Made by a program: the position numbers and the translations under genes
Part shown: positions 63,825 to 64,000 of the stretch, piece after piece
How positions within the stretch are numbered: the stretch's first letter is position 1
Layout: every line of letters starts with the position of its first letter
Source: a virus
DNA length: 64,000 bases
Reading direction: 5' to 3' (one strand)
Virus record (IMG/VR): IMGVR_UViG_3300018080_005419
Notes under the pieces: generated by a model
Database searches by the model: none
The model's input: only the letters and a program-made list of their open reading frames with translations
Told to the model about the DNA's origin: nothing

Positions 63825-64000
63825 CGCTTTTTTCTTTATCTTCTCCCAAATCAATTTTCTTTCCTGATCTATAAGATGTATAAGCAGAATCCATACAATC
63901 AAACATATTTCTAATTCCAACACCAGAACTAGCCTCAAAACCTCTCGTCATATTAGCATCAAATCCTAAACTTCGACTCTCTTCAAACGCACTCTCATCA
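63817..64000 (-). CDS. Partial CDS entering from the window edge
   Basis: Open frame DESAFEESRSLGFDANMTRGFEASSGVGIRNM...KSDE*. Confidence 0.45.
   Translation of the reverse strand, partial: DESAFEESRSLGFDANMTRGFEASSGVGIRNMFDCMDSAYTSYRSGKKIDLGEDKEKSDE

Noticed and set aside
1-64000. Alternative genetic code (suggested by the release factor and many tRNAs)
   Set aside because: Long genes are intact under the standard code, TAA, TAG and TGA all end well-supported genes, and no suppressor tRNA with a canonical loop was found.
1-64000. CRISPR array
   Set aside because: No run of identical 25-45 bp repeats with unique spacers was seen. The 31.3 kb units are diverged hairpins and the pentamer tracts have period 5.

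Overview
AT-rich, gene-dense window with almost everything on the minus strand. It is best read as part of a jumbo/huge phage genome, probably infecting a PVC-superphylum host (Planctomycetota/Lentisphaerae-type prepilin with an H-X9-DG motif, PilX-like, STAS). No capsid or terminase hallmark gene is in view, so the phage call is an inference. Content: (i) two large glycan-synthesis blocks (1-21.6 kb and 53.5-59.3 kb); (ii) 19 intact CCA-encoding tRNA genes, one split by a 212-nt group I intron, plus two tRNA-like genes with aberrant anticodon arms and one 5' fragment; (iii) translation and stress genes (RF1-like, IF-1, IscS, Hsp20, TerD-like, ART-like, NUDIX); (iv) HNH and LAGLIDADG-like nucleases and a 376-bp non-autonomous IS608-like element. 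Two candidate systems stand out. (A) Two ribosome-dependent transcription attenuators whose leader peptides are built from the codons read by the phage tRNAs downstream. A 31-aa leader (39394-39489) has a 16-codon window containing a cognate codon for all 11 intact tRNAs downstream, to 34.7 kb. A 24-aa Thr-rich leader (27448-27522) heads a unit leading to tRNA-Thr(UGU). Together they look like a tRNA-depletion sensor that switches on tRNA supply. (B) A stand-alone RAMP/Cas7-like gene with a partner gene and at least four dispersed 5-nt-periodic (NN-GNA)n arrays, a candidate non-CRISPR RNA-guided system. All calls were made by eye from the sequence; no database searches were run.
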